A stretch of 64,000 nt of DNA from Candidatus Blackburnbacteria bacterium (GTDB lineage Bacteria > Patescibacteriota > Microgenomatia > UBA8517 > UBA10165), in NCBI GenBank assembly GCA_016183565.1, contig JACPEJ010000001.1:550479-614478 (forward strand), written 5' to 3'. The position numbers and the translations under genes are program-made. Positions 1 to 9,501 of the stretch are shown in pieces; positions within the stretch are counted from its first letter, which is position 1, and the number at the start of each line of letters is the position of its first letter. Below the pieces are notes generated by a model that searched no databases, was not told the DNA's origin, and worked only from the letters and a program-made list of their open reading frames with translations.

Positions 1-83
1 CAAGAAGGATATGGCGAGAACTTCCCAATTGAACAGAACAGGGGGTATATTATAAAGGTAGGGAAAGAAGTGGAATTTACACC

Positions 84-1259
84 ATGACTAAGAAAAAATG
101 GTTTGGTTTAGTAGGGTTTTTTATACTGCTTGCCGGCCTTCCCGCCGGTGCTTATCTTGTTTCCCAGCGTACAGGCTTGTTTACCCAAGCTTCGCCTGAG
201 GAAACTCCAAAAGAAATAAAAATTACCAATATTTCCGATAATTCGTTTACAGTTTCGTTTATAACACCTGACAAGGCAGTGGTGGGATATGTTGGTTATG
301 GGGAGACGGAGAAATTGGGAAGTTCTTCCTCTGATGATCGGGATTCTAGTAGACAAACTCCTAGATTTACGCACCATATTACAGTTAAAAATCTCGATCC
401 GGCCACAAAGTATTATTTCAAGATCGGGTCTGGAAAAAGTGTCTACGACAACGGTGGGACGTCTTACGTTGTAACGACAGCGCCTACTACCAATGACCCT
501 CCGGCAGTTGCAGACCCTGCGTACGGGAAAATAAAAACTGCAACAGGGATTGCGCCCCTAGAAGCACTAGTTTACCTAACGGCAGCCGGCGGGACACCGC
601 TTTCTTCTTACACAAGAGAGACTGGCAATTGGCTAATTACGCTTAACAATGCACGGACAGCCGACCTTTCAAGGTATGTGCAAATAAAGGAAAATAGTTT
701 GATCAACATTTCTGTACAGGCAGGCAAGGACGGAATAGCCTCTGGAACCACCGACACTAGCAATAGAGCTCCTATCCCTGACATAACTTTGGGGAAACCC
801 TTTGCGTTTGCAGCTTTGACTATACCAACTCCAATAACACCACCAGCGTTTTCACTTACACCTGTTGGCCAAGTTACTGAAAGTAAAGTTCCACTGGAAA
901 TCAAGACTCCCACCGACGGAGGGAGCGTGACTTCAACAAAGCCTACGTTTACTGGAACCGGCGAGCCGGGCACAATAATTACTGTTACAATAGAAAGTCC
1001 GCAAAAGATAACTGCGCAAGTAACTGTTGGCCCGAACGGGACCTGGAGCTATACACCAACAGAAAATCTGATAACAGGTAATCATACAATAACTATTGCT
1101 CAAGGTGGGCAGACTGTCGGGAGTCAATTTTCAGTAAAGGGGACGCTGACGGCAACTCCAACTTTGCCGGTAGCGGGGAGTGCAGAAACTACATTTATTA
1201 TTATTGCAGCTGGGTTGGTTATTGTTTTGCTTGGTTTTTTGGGTGCAGTTTTGTTGTAG
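84..1259 (+). CDS. Membrane-anchored surface protein with fibronectin-III-like and Ig-like regions; C-terminal LPVAG followed by a hydrophobic stretch
   Basis: N-terminal hydrophobic segment, Thr/Pro-rich repeats, and a C-terminal TLPVAGSAETT plus hydrophobic tail that resembles a sortase-type sorting signal without a charged tail. Domain calls are from sequence style only. Confidence 0.45.
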   Translation: MTKKKWFGLVGFFILLAGLPAGAYLVSQRTGLFTQASPEETPKEIKITNISDNSFTVSFITPDKAVVGYVGYGETEKLGSSSSDDRDSSRQTPRFTHHITVKNLDPATKYYFKIGSGKSVYDNGGTSYVVTTAPTTNDPPAVADPAYGKIKTATGIAPLEALVYLTAAGGTPLSSYTRETGNWLITLNNARTADLSRYVQIKENSLINISVQAGKDGIASGTTDTSNRAPIPDITLGKPFAFAALTIPTPITPPAFSLTPVGQVTESKVPLEIKTPTDGGSVTSTKPTFTGTGEPGTIITVTIESPQKITAQVTVGPNGTWSYTPTENLITGNHTITIAQGGQTVGSQFSVKGTLTATPTLPVAGSAETTFIIIAAGLVIVLLGFLGAVLL

Positions 1260-1277
1260 AATTGGGTAAGGCCTGCC

Positions 1278-3614
1278 ATGGACAAATATATACTCCCCTT
1301 TATTGAGATCGATAAAGATAGTATTCCCCAAGCCGGGGGGAAAGGCGCGAATTTAGGAGAGATGACTCAAGCCGGATTTCCGGTTCCTCCGGGTTTTGTA
1401 ATTACCTCAAATGCGTATAAACTTTTTTTGGAAGAAAACAAGTTAACGGGGGTAATACGAGAGGCCTTAAAAACTTCGAATTTGGGGTTGGGTAAGAATG
1501 CTCAGGATCATCCTGAAAGGTTTCAACAAGCTTCAGAGAAAATAGTTCGGCTAATGCGCAAAGGGAGTATACCAACTGCAGTTAAAACAGAGATTTTGCG
1601 TTCGTATGACAAATTGGGTTCCCTTTGGAGGCTTCCTTTAGTTGCAGTTCGTTCGTCAGCTACTGCTGAGGATCTTCCTGATGCTTCTTTTGCTGGACAG
1701 CAGGCAACTTATCTTAATATAAAGGGAGATAATAATCTTTTGGAGGCTGTAAGAGATTGTTGGGCCTCGCTTTTTACTGCACGCGCGATTTTCTATAGGC
1801 AAGAGAAGAAATTTGATCATTTTAAGGTTGGTATTGCGGTGGTTGTGCAAAAAATGATCCAGCCTGAGGTTTCGGGAATTGCTTTTACTCGGGACCCAAT
1901 AACTCAAGACAAGCATAAGATGGTAATTGAGGCTGTTTGGGGATTGGGTGAGTTTGCGGTTCAAGGGACAGTTACTCCTGATAGGTATGGAGTTGAGCGG
2001 CATTCTTTGAGCATACTTGGTATTTTTCAACATCCGCAGAAGACGCAGCTTGTCAAGGTTGGGGCCAAGACTCTTGAGCGTAAGGTGCCGGTTTATCGAA
2101 GGAATAGGCAGAAGTTGTCCGAGGCAAAGATAAAAGAGCTGGGGCGAATTTTGCAGAAAATTCATAATCACTATTTCTTCCCGCAAGACATAGAGTGGGC
2201 GTATACAGGAGGGAAGTTTTACATAATTCAGGCAAGGCCGATAACAACCCTTCGACTCGCTGACGCTCGCTCAGGGCAAGCTGGGCAAAACGAAGAACGA
2301 GAAACGAAAAACGAAGAACCTTTGCATGTTGGTGAGATTATCCTTCGGGGGCAGGGGGCGAGTCCGGGTATTGTTACGGGGGTTGTCAAAATTGTTTCAA
2401 GCCCTAAAAATCTTTCAAAGGTTCGTAAGGGGGATATTTTAGTAGCGAAAATGACTTCCCCTGATTATGTTCCTGCAATGAAGAAGGCTCTAGCGATAGT
2501 TACAGATGAAGGTGGGGTAACATCGCATGCTGCGATTGTCTCTCGTGAGCTGGGTGTGCCGAGTGTTGTAGGAACAAAAGAAGCTACAAGTAAGCTTCAT
2601 GATGGGTTGGTGGTAACTGTGAATGGGAAAGAGGGGGTGGTATATAAGGGTAAAGCGAGAAGCGGAAAGGGGGAAGGGGGGCAAGATACAGATAAAGATA
2701 CAGATATAGAAAGGGTAGAGATTACTTCACAAGTTAGAACTGCGACGAGGATTTATGTCAATCTTGCAGAACCTGAGCGGGCAGAGGAGATAGCAAAATT
2801 GCCGGTTGATGGAGTAGGGTTACTGCGAGCAGAATTTATGATTGCACAAATAGGAGTTCACCCCAAACATCTTATTGCACAAAGAAGACAACAGGTTTTT
2901 ATTGAAAAATTGGAAAAAGGAATCTTGCAGTTTTGTCAAAGTTTTAATCCCCGTCCGGTTATTTACCGCACAACGGATTTTAAAACGAACGAATATAGAA
3001 ATCTTGACGGAGGTAAAGCATACGAGCCGGAAGAACCAAACCCAATGCTTGGGTTTAGGGGAGCTTATAGGTATATTGCAGACCCCGATGTCTTTGAACT
3101 TGAGTTGGCGGCTATTAAGAAAGTACGTGAACAGTATAAAAATCTTTGGGTTATGATTCCTTTCGTTCGCTCACCTGAAGAGCTTTTACAAGTTAAAAGA
3201 ATAATGGCTGCGTCAGGACTTATTAGGTCTCCGTCATTTAAACTTTGGCTTATGGTTGAGTTGCCGATAAACGTTATTTTAATTGAGGATTATATTAAGG
3301 TTGGTATTGATGGCGTTTCAATTGGATCTAATGATTTGACGATGTTGACTCTTGGAACGGATCGAGATAACGGAGAGGTGGCTCCTGCTTTTAATGAGAT
3401 GAGCCCTGCTGTTTTAAAGCTTTTGGAGAAAACTATTAGGGCTTGTGATAAGTTTGGAGTGACATCTTCTATTTGTGGACAAGCACCAAGTATATACGAT
3501 GAGCTTGTTGATTATCTTGTAAAACTTGGTATAACAAGTATGTCTATCAATCCGGATAGTTTAGGGAGAGTGCAAAAGGTGGTTGCCGAAGCAGAAAGAA
3601 GACTGCTTCGGTAG
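1278..3614 (+). CDS. ppsA: Phosphoenolpyruvate synthase (pyruvate, water dikinase)
   Basis: 778 aa. N-terminal PEP/pyruvate-binding dikinase region; central phosphohistidine motif GGVTSHAAIVSRELGVPSVVG; C-terminal PEP-utilising TIM-barrel region. Confidence 0.85.
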   Translation: MDKYILPFIEIDKDSIPQAGGKGANLGEMTQAGFPVPPGFVITSNAYKLFLEENKLTGVIREALKTSNLGLGKNAQDHPERFQQASEKIVRLMRKGSIPTAVKTEILRSYDKLGSLWRLPLVAVRSSATAEDLPDASFAGQQATYLNIKGDNNLLEAVRDCWASLFTARAIFYRQEKKFDHFKVGIAVVVQKMIQPEVSGIAFTRDPITQDKHKMVIEAVWGLGEFAVQGTVTPDRYGVERHSLSILGIFQHPQKTQLVKVGAKTLERKVPVYRRNRQKLSEAKIKELGRILQKIHNHYFFPQDIEWAYTGGKFYIIQARPITTLRLADARSGQAGQNEERETKNEEPLHVGEIILRGQGASPGIVTGVVKIVSSPKNLSKVRKGDILVAKMTSPDYVPAMKKALAIVTDEGGVTSHAAIVSRELGVPSVVGTKEATSKLHDGLVVTVNGKEGVVYKGKARSGKGEGGQDTDKDTDIERVEITSQVRTATRIYVNLAEPERAEEIAKLPVDGVGLLRAEFMIAQIGVHPKHLIAQRRQQVFIEKLEKGILQFCQSFNPRPVIYRTTDFKTNEYRNLDGGKAYEPEEPNPMLGFRGAYRYIADPDVFELELAAIKKVREQYKNLWVMIPFVRSPEELLQVKRIMAASGLIRSPSFKLWLMVELPINVILIEDYIKVGIDGVSIGSNDLTMLTLGTDRDNGEVAPAFNEMSPAVLKLLEKTIRACDKFGVTSSICGQAPSIYDELVDYLVKLGITSMSINPDSLGRVQKVVAEAERRLLR

Positions 3615-3623
3615 TTTTGATCT

Positions 3624-4898
3624 ATGTCCAAGATTACTCAGATCTGGTCCAGAGAAATTTTAGATAGTCGGGCAGTACCGACTATAGAGACTGCTATAAA
3701 GCTTGATACGGGTCATGTGGCTGTAGCATCTATACCGACTGGGGCTTCAACCGGGAAGTTTGAAGCTCTTGAGCTTCGAGATAATGATCCTAAAAGATTT
3801 AACGGCAAGGGAGTTTTAAAGGCCATATCTAATGTTCACGAGAAGATAGCTCCGGCGATTATTGGCTACGATCCAATAAATCAGTTTGAGATTGATCAGA
3901 AGATGATTACCCTGGATGGAACTCCGAATAAAGATAATTTGGGTGCGAATGCTATTCTTTCTGTTTCCTTGTGTGTTGCAAAGGTTGCGAGTGTTGCGGT
4001 TGGGCAATCTCTTTATAAATGGATAAACCAGCTTGCCCAGGCTTATAAGGCAGTTACATCTGATCCAATGACCCATATTCCTACGCCTGTTTTTAATATG
4101 ATAAACGGAGGTTTACATGGAGCGGGGAACCTGGATTTTCAGGAATTCCAAGTGATCCCGCGCACTTCGAAACCTTACCACTTAGCACTTCGAAGTGGGG
4201 CGGAAGTTTACAATGCAATTCGTAATTCCTTAATTCGGCGTGGGGCGATTCATTCTACGGGAGATGAGGGGGGTTATGCGCCAAATTTATTTACTAACGC
4301 GGATGCTTTAGAGATTAATGTGGAAGCAATAAATGAGAGTGGATACAAGATTGGTCAGGATTTTTTCCTTGGTCTTGACGTTGCTGCTAATACAATACAT
4401 AAGAATGGAGGGTACTCAATTCGGGATCGTTCCAATGCTTTGAATACTTCCTCTTTAATCGAGTTTTATCAATCTATAAATGAAGAATATCGGTTAACAT
4501 ATCTTGAGGATCCTTTCTACGAAGAAGATTGGGATGGTTGGAAGCAAATAACTTCTAAACTTGGTGATAATATGATGATAGTTGGTGATGATCTTTTGGT
4601 TACCAACCCCGAAAAAGTCAAGAAGGCAATTTCTGAGAAAGCTTGTAATGCGATTCTTGTGAAGCCAAATCAGATTGGAACAGTTACGGAAACTTTAGAG
4701 GTTATTAAACTTGCTCGAGAGGCTCTTTGGAAAGTTATAGTTTCTCATCGTTCTGGGGAAACTAATGATTGGTTTATTGCTGATTTTGCAGTTGGGGTTA
4801 GGAGTGATTATGTGAAGTTTGGAGCACCGGCAAGGGGGGAGAGGGTGGCAAAATATAATAGACTTCTTAGTATAGAGGCGGAGTTGGCAACAAAATAA
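3624..4898 (+). CDS. eno: Enolase (phosphopyruvate hydratase)
   Basis: 424 aa. N-terminus SKITQIWSREILDSRAVPTIE and a C-terminal barrel typical of enolase. Confidence 0.95.
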   Translation: MSKITQIWSREILDSRAVPTIETAIKLDTGHVAVASIPTGASTGKFEALELRDNDPKRFNGKGVLKAISNVHEKIAPAIIGYDPINQFEIDQKMITLDGTPNKDNLGANAILSVSLCVAKVASVAVGQSLYKWINQLAQAYKAVTSDPMTHIPTPVFNMINGGLHGAGNLDFQEFQVIPRTSKPYHLALRSGAEVYNAIRNSLIRRGAIHSTGDEGGYAPNLFTNADALEINVEAINESGYKIGQDFFLGLDVAANTIHKNGGYSIRDRSNALNTSSLIEFYQSINEEYRLTYLEDPFYEEDWDGWKQITSKLGDNMMIVGDDLLVTNPEKVKKAISEKACNAILVKPNQIGTVTETLEVIKLAREALWKVIVSHRSGETNDWFIADFAVGVRSDYVKFGAPARGERVAKYNRLLSIEAELATK

Positions 4899-4928
4899 AT
4901 TTTCAATTTTCAATTTACAATTTACGCG

Positions 4929-4966
4929 CATCGACTTGTAGAACAAGTCGGCATTGAATTTTCAAT
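4929..4966 (+). terminator. Putative intrinsic terminator after eno
   Basis: Perfect 7-bp stem cgacttg-tagaa-caagtcg followed by a T-rich run, flanked by aattttcaatttt repeats. Confidence 0.3.
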
Positions 4967-5039
4967 TGATTAATTTTCAATGAGAAATGAAAACTCGTTC
5001 GGATTTAGTGCTTAGAGTTTCGAATTTCTCTCCTACCAT

Positions 5040-6674
5040 ATGAACATCCCACTCGTAGTTTTAATAATCATGGACGGTTGGGGGATTGCTCCTCCGGGTA
5101 GTGGCAATGCAATTTCTCTTTCTAATACTTCAAACTTCAATAAATTTTGGGCTGCATTTCCTCATACTACTCTTGCTGCCTCGGGGGAGGCGGTCGGGTT
5201 GCCTAAAGGAGAAGCTGGTAACACAGAGACGGGGCATCTTAATCTAGGGGCTGGCAGAATTGTTTATCAGGATTTGGCAAGGATTAATATGTCTATTGCT
5301 GATGGATCTTTTTTCAGAATTCCTGCTTTTTTGGGTGCAATTGAGCATGCTAAGAAAAATTCATCAAACATGCATTTAATGGGGTTGGTTGGGACTGGAG
5401 GAGTACATTCTAATATCGAGCACCTTTTTGCACTGTTACGAATTTGTAAAGACCAAGAATTTAATCGGGTCTACGTGCATCTTTTTACGGACGGGCGAGA
5501 TTCTCCGCCAACAGCTTCCATGAATTATGTGTCGCAAGTTGAGGCAGCGACCCAGCGGGAAGGTGTGGGTAGGATTGCAACGATGATGGGGCGTTATTGG
5601 GCTATGGATAGGGATTTTAGGTGGGAGAGAACGGAGAAAGCATATCGGGCTTTGACTTCCGGTGTGGGGCAGTTTGTAAATACACCCCAGGAGGCAATAG
5701 AAAAATCATATAACGCGAATATAACCGATGAGTTTATAAATCCTACTATTATTGTTTCTCAGGGTAAACCAGTTGGTTTGATTCAACCAAATGACGCAGT
5801 AGTTTTTTTCAACTTTAGGATTGACCGACCCAGGCAGCTAACTCGTGCTTTTGTACTTCCAGACTTTGAAAGCCAGGCGGTGGAGAAAGTTTACACTGAT
5901 CCATATGCTGAGAAGTACTATAAAAAACATATTGTTGAGACTCCGCATACTACGCCTTTTTTGCGTGGGCCAAAAGTAGAAAATTTGTACTTTGTTACTA
6001 TGACTGAGTATGACAAGTCTCTTTCGGAATATGCTGTTTCGGCTTTTCCGCCGAGTGTAATTAAATTACCTTTGAGTGGACTTATTTCTTCGAGAAATAT
6101 GCGGCAATTGAAACTTGCAGAATCTGAGAAAGAGCGATTTGTAACTTATTATTTTAATGGACAACAGGAACTTTCCTTTCCTGGGGAGTATAGAAAAATT
6201 ATTCCTTCTCCACATGTGCCAACTTATGATATGGCTCCTGAGATGTCTGCCCGCAGTGTCACACATACTTTGCTGGATGCTTTGGCAAACAACAATGCGG
6301 GAGAGTATTCTCTTGTTGTTGTGAATTTTGCTAACGCTGATATGGTAGGGCATACTGGGAATATCGAGGCTGCTCGGGTAGCGTGCAGTACCGTTGATGA
6401 ATGTGTGGGGCAAATTGTGCGGAAAGTAAATATGCTTGGGGGTGCGACCGTAATTACGGCTGATCATGGCAATGCCGAGGAGATGAAAAATTCTGAGGGG
6501 AAGATGGAGACTGAACATAGCCGCAATCCTGTGCCGCTTATTGTTACTGGGAATTCTTTTTTGGGAAATTCAGAAAACTTACCGACGGGAATTTTGGCTG
6601 ATGTTGCACCGACGATACTGAAACTTCTTGGGTTGCCACAACCGACGGAGATGAGTGGGAGAAGTCTTTTGTGA
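5040..6674 (+). CDS. gpmI: 2,3-bisphosphoglycerate-independent phosphoglycerate mutase
   Basis: 544 aa. N-terminal MDGWGIAPPGSGNAI metalloenzyme motif and iPGM-like length and organisation. Confidence 0.9.
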   Translation: MNIPLVVLIIMDGWGIAPPGSGNAISLSNTSNFNKFWAAFPHTTLAASGEAVGLPKGEAGNTETGHLNLGAGRIVYQDLARINMSIADGSFFRIPAFLGAIEHAKKNSSNMHLMGLVGTGGVHSNIEHLFALLRICKDQEFNRVYVHLFTDGRDSPPTASMNYVSQVEAATQREGVGRIATMMGRYWAMDRDFRWERTEKAYRALTSGVGQFVNTPQEAIEKSYNANITDEFINPTIIVSQGKPVGLIQPNDAVVFFNFRIDRPRQLTRAFVLPDFESQAVEKVYTDPYAEKYYKKHIVETPHTTPFLRGPKVENLYFVTMTEYDKSLSEYAVSAFPPSVIKLPLSGLISSRNMRQLKLAESEKERFVTYYFNGQQELSFPGEYRKIIPSPHVPTYDMAPEMSARSVTHTLLDALANNNAGEYSLVVVNFANADMVGHTGNIEAARVACSTVDECVGQIVRKVNMLGGATVITADHGNAEEMKNSEGKMETEHSRNPVPLIVTGNSFLGNSENLPTGILADVAPTILKLLGLPQPTEMSGRSLL

Positions 6675-6695
6675 GTCTAAGAATACAGTCTAAGT

Positions 6696-7442
6696 CTAAG
6701 AATTTTTCTTTCTTAGACTTGTACTTAGACTTAGACTGAGAAGTATTACGAACTCTCCCCTCGGTTTTGTTTTTGTAAAGTGTTCTATTGATTTTGATAC
6801 TTTTTCTCGTCTGATTTCTTCGTGCAGTTTTGTTAGTTCGCGCGCTACAGCTACCTCAACATCTCCGAAAATCTCTTTAGTTAAATAAAGTGTTTTAAGT
6901 ATTCTGTGTGGACTCTCATAAAAAATTACAGTTTTTAATGGCAGTCCAGATATGCAGTTCTTCATTTGATTAAACCACTTTTTGACGTGCGTTTCCTTCC
7001 TTGGTAAAAATCCAAGAAAAACAAAGGCGTTAGGTGGTAATCCAGAAATGGTGAGCGCTGCAATCAATGCTGTAGGCCCTGGAATAGTTTCTACAGGTGT
7101 GTGTAACTTTATACACTCCCGAACAAGTTTGTAACCTGGATCTGAGATAAGCGGAGTTCCCGACTCGGAAAGTAAGCTTATATTTTTACCTTCTTTAAGA
7201 AGTGCAATAGCGAGATTTATTTTGCGCTCTTCGTTCCCTTCAAAAAATGATTCCAAATTTTTGCCTTGGATTCCATAGTGGTTGAGAAGTTGAGCAGTTG
7301 TGCGTGTATCTTCCGCTAGAATCAGGTCAGCTTCTCCTAAGACTCTTATTGCACGCAGGGTTATATCTTCCAGATTTCCGATTGGTGACGATACTATTGA
7401 CAATTTGCCCATAGGAACTGTTAACTTGTATAATATACTCAA
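6696..7442 (-). CDS. rsmI: 16S rRNA (cytidine1402-2'-O)-methyltransferase RsmI
   Basis: The motif LSIVSSPIGNLEDITLRAIRVLGEADLILAEDTR is typical of the tetrapyrrole-methylase-fold RsmI. The extreme C-terminus overlaps a gtctaag/cttagac inverted-repeat region. Confidence 0.8.
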   Translation of the reverse strand: MSILYKLTVPMGKLSIVSSPIGNLEDITLRAIRVLGEADLILAEDTRTTAQLLNHYGIQGKNLESFFEGNEERKINLAIALLKEGKNISLLSESGTPLISDPGYKLVRECIKLHTPVETIPGPTALIAALTISGLPPNAFVFLGFLPRKETHVKKWFNQMKNCISGLPLKTVIFYESPHRILKTLYLTKEIFGDVEVAVARELTKLHEEIRREKVSKSIEHFTKTKPRGEFVILLSLSLSTSLRKKNS

Positions 7443-7548
7443 CTTACTTGGATTTGCAATTTTTTAAAGTTGAGTAGAACCCAAAATACTATTCTGAAAG
7501 TTACAAACTAATGTATTTTGGGTATAGTATATACAAAGCGCGCACTAA

Positions 7549-8802
7549 ATGTTTAAGAGGATCAAGAGATTGCTCAAGATAGTTGGTCCTGGAGTTATAA
7601 CTGGGGCCTCAGATGATGATCCGTCGGGTATAGCAATTTATTCTCAAACAGGGGCGCAGGGTGGGACCCAGCTTCTTTGGACAGCTCCGTTTCTTTTGCC
7701 ATTTATGGTTACGATGCAGGAAATGTGCGCAAGAATTGGCATGGTAACCGGAAAGGGACTTATTGGGGCAATGCGCAACCACTATCCATCTATCTTGCTT
7801 TGGATTACAGCAACAACGGTTTTGGTTGCAAATACTGTCAATATTGGCGCGGATTTGTTGGCAATGGCCGCCTCTACGCGTCTTCTTTTTCCTATTGATC
7901 TTCGCCTAATGGCTGTTCTTTACGCATTGGTAATAATTGTTTTTTTGGTATTTTTTCCTTATAAAACTCTTGCCAAGATTCTTAAGTGGTTGACCTTGTC
8001 GCTTTTTGCTTACATTTTTACTTTGTTTATAATCAATCCTTCTTGGACGGAAATCTTGAAAAGCACGTTTATTCCAACTGTCCAGTTTAATCGTGAAAGT
8101 ATACTTCTTGTAGTTGCTCTTATGGGTACAACTATTTCTCCCTATCTTTTTTTCTGGCAGGCGTCTCAGGAGGCAGAGGAAGAGGGGGCAAAAGGGATGA
8201 TAGATAATAGGCGTAAAGTGCAGATTGTCTCGAAAGGTCAAATAAGGGTTATGGAGCAGGATGTTACGATTGGTATGTTTTTCTCTAATCTAGTGATGTT
8301 TTTTATTATCGCAACAACAGGCTCTACGCTTTTTAAGGCTGGAATTTTTGAGATACAGACCGCTGAGCAAGCTGCGAGTGCTCTTCGGCCTCTTGCTGGA
8401 GATGCCTCTTTTCTTTTGTTCACGCTTGGCATTTTAGGAACCGGATTTTTAGCAATCCCTATACTTGCTGGCGCAGGTGCATATGCTATGTCAGAGATTT
8501 TTGGCTTCCGGGAAGGATTTAATGGGAATATTGCGAGATCAAAACTTTTCTATGCTGTTATTTTTCTTTCTATCTTAGCTGGGTTATTGTTTACATTGTT
8601 TAATATTCCTCCGTTTCGTGCCTTGTTTATCACGGGAGTTTTTTACGGAATACTCTCGCCGGTTTTAATTGTCATAATTCTTGATATTTCTAATCGGGAG
8701 TCGATAATGGGAAATTACCGAAATGGTATGTTGTCAAATATTTTAGGGGTAACTACTTTTGTCTTAATGACACTTGCCGCCATAGGGGCGATGATACTTT
8801 AG
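7549..8802 (+). CDS. mntH: NRAMP-family divalent metal (Mn2+/Fe2+) transporter
   Basis: GPGVITGASDDDPSGIAIYSQTGAQGGTQLLW and QEMCARIGMVTGKGL match the Nramp signature GPG..DPGN / ..LSARLGIVTG. Polytopic, 417 aa. Confidence 0.8.
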   Translation: MFKRIKRLLKIVGPGVITGASDDDPSGIAIYSQTGAQGGTQLLWTAPFLLPFMVTMQEMCARIGMVTGKGLIGAMRNHYPSILLWITATTVLVANTVNIGADLLAMAASTRLLFPIDLRLMAVLYALVIIVFLVFFPYKTLAKILKWLTLSLFAYIFTLFIINPSWTEILKSTFIPTVQFNRESILLVVALMGTTISPYLFFWQASQEAEEEGAKGMIDNRRKVQIVSKGQIRVMEQDVTIGMFFSNLVMFFIIATTGSTLFKAGIFEIQTAEQAASALRPLAGDASFLLFTLGILGTGFLAIPILAGAGAYAMSEIFGFREGFNGNIARSKLFYAVIFLSILAGLLFTLFNIPPFRALFITGVFYGILSPVLIVIILDISNRESIMGNYRNGMLSNILGVTTFVLMTLAAIGAMIL

Positions 8803-8809
8803 GAAAGTA

Positions 8810-9424
8810 TCAATTATACCTTCTTATTAGTCCAACAACTTTTCCTTGGACGGTTACATTTTTTGCAAAAATTGGGGACATTGAGCGGTTTGCTGGTTCT
8901 AGCCGTACTCGAGTTGCTTCTTTGAAGTACTTTTTTAAAGTTGCCATGCCATTGTCGAGGAGTGCAACTACGATTTCACCGTTTTGGGCTGCGTCTTGTT
9001 GTTCGATAACAACATAGTCACCATCGTTTATACCAACCTCGATCATTGATTCTCCCCTTACTTGGAGCACAAAGATTCTTTTTGTTGAAGTAAACATAGA
9101 AGGAGGGATACCTAAAGTTGCGTTTGGGTCTACGTAGGGCTCAATTGGGGAACCTGCTGCAATAAAACCGAGTATGGGAACTTCTATACCTTCTGTTGGT
9201 TTTGTAAATACTTTAGTAAGCTCAATTCCTCTTGTGTCACCTATTCTTTTTTTAATAAGCCCCTTTTTTTCTAGAGCTTGAAGGTGTTCGTGGACAGTTG
9301 CCAGGGAAGAGACTCCAATTGCTTGCGCTATTTGTTTTAAGGTTGGTGCATAACCGCTTGCATCAATGAATTGACTTATGAAGTCTAAGATCTGTCTTTG
9401 TCTTGCGTAAACTACCGGAGGCAT
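8810..9424 (-). CDS. lexA: LexA repressor (SOS regulator, S24 peptidase)
   Basis: N-terminal winged-HTH (LKQIAQAIGVSSLATVHEHLQALEKKGLI). C-terminal S24 region with VRGESM and the Ala-Gly cleavage context. Divergent from uvrB. Confidence 0.9.
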   Translation of the reverse strand: MPPVVYARQRQILDFISQFIDASGYAPTLKQIAQAIGVSSLATVHEHLQALEKKGLIKKRIGDTRGIELTKVFTKPTEGIEVPILGFIAAGSPIEPYVDPNATLGIPPSMFTSTKRIFVLQVRGESMIEVGINDGDYVVIEQQDAAQNGEIVVALLDNGMATLKKYFKEATRVRLEPANRSMSPIFAKNVTVQGKVVGLIRRYN

Positions 9425-9440
9425 GGTCTTAGGTTACCCC

Positions 9441-9470
9441 AAGAAAACCCGTATGTCAATACCCAATTTT
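9441..9470 (+). promoter_or_regulatory. Putative uvrB promoter with embedded TACC-N9-GGTA dyad (candidate repressor operator)
   Basis: tgtcaa-N16/17-tagaat lies upstream of uvrB, with the palindromic ends tacccaattttgtggta between the -35 and -10. An SOS-box role is inference only. Confidence 0.2.
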
Positions 9471-9501
9471 GTGGTAGAATATACAAAGCAGATTACAGAT
9501 T

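Noticed and set aside
6677-6745. gtctaag/cttagac inverted repeats as a bidirectional terminator between gpmI and rsmI
   Set aside because: The repeat overlaps the C-terminal codons of rsmI (it encodes the LSLSLSTSL tail). It cannot be cleanly separated from coding sequence, so it is noted but not annotated as a terminator.
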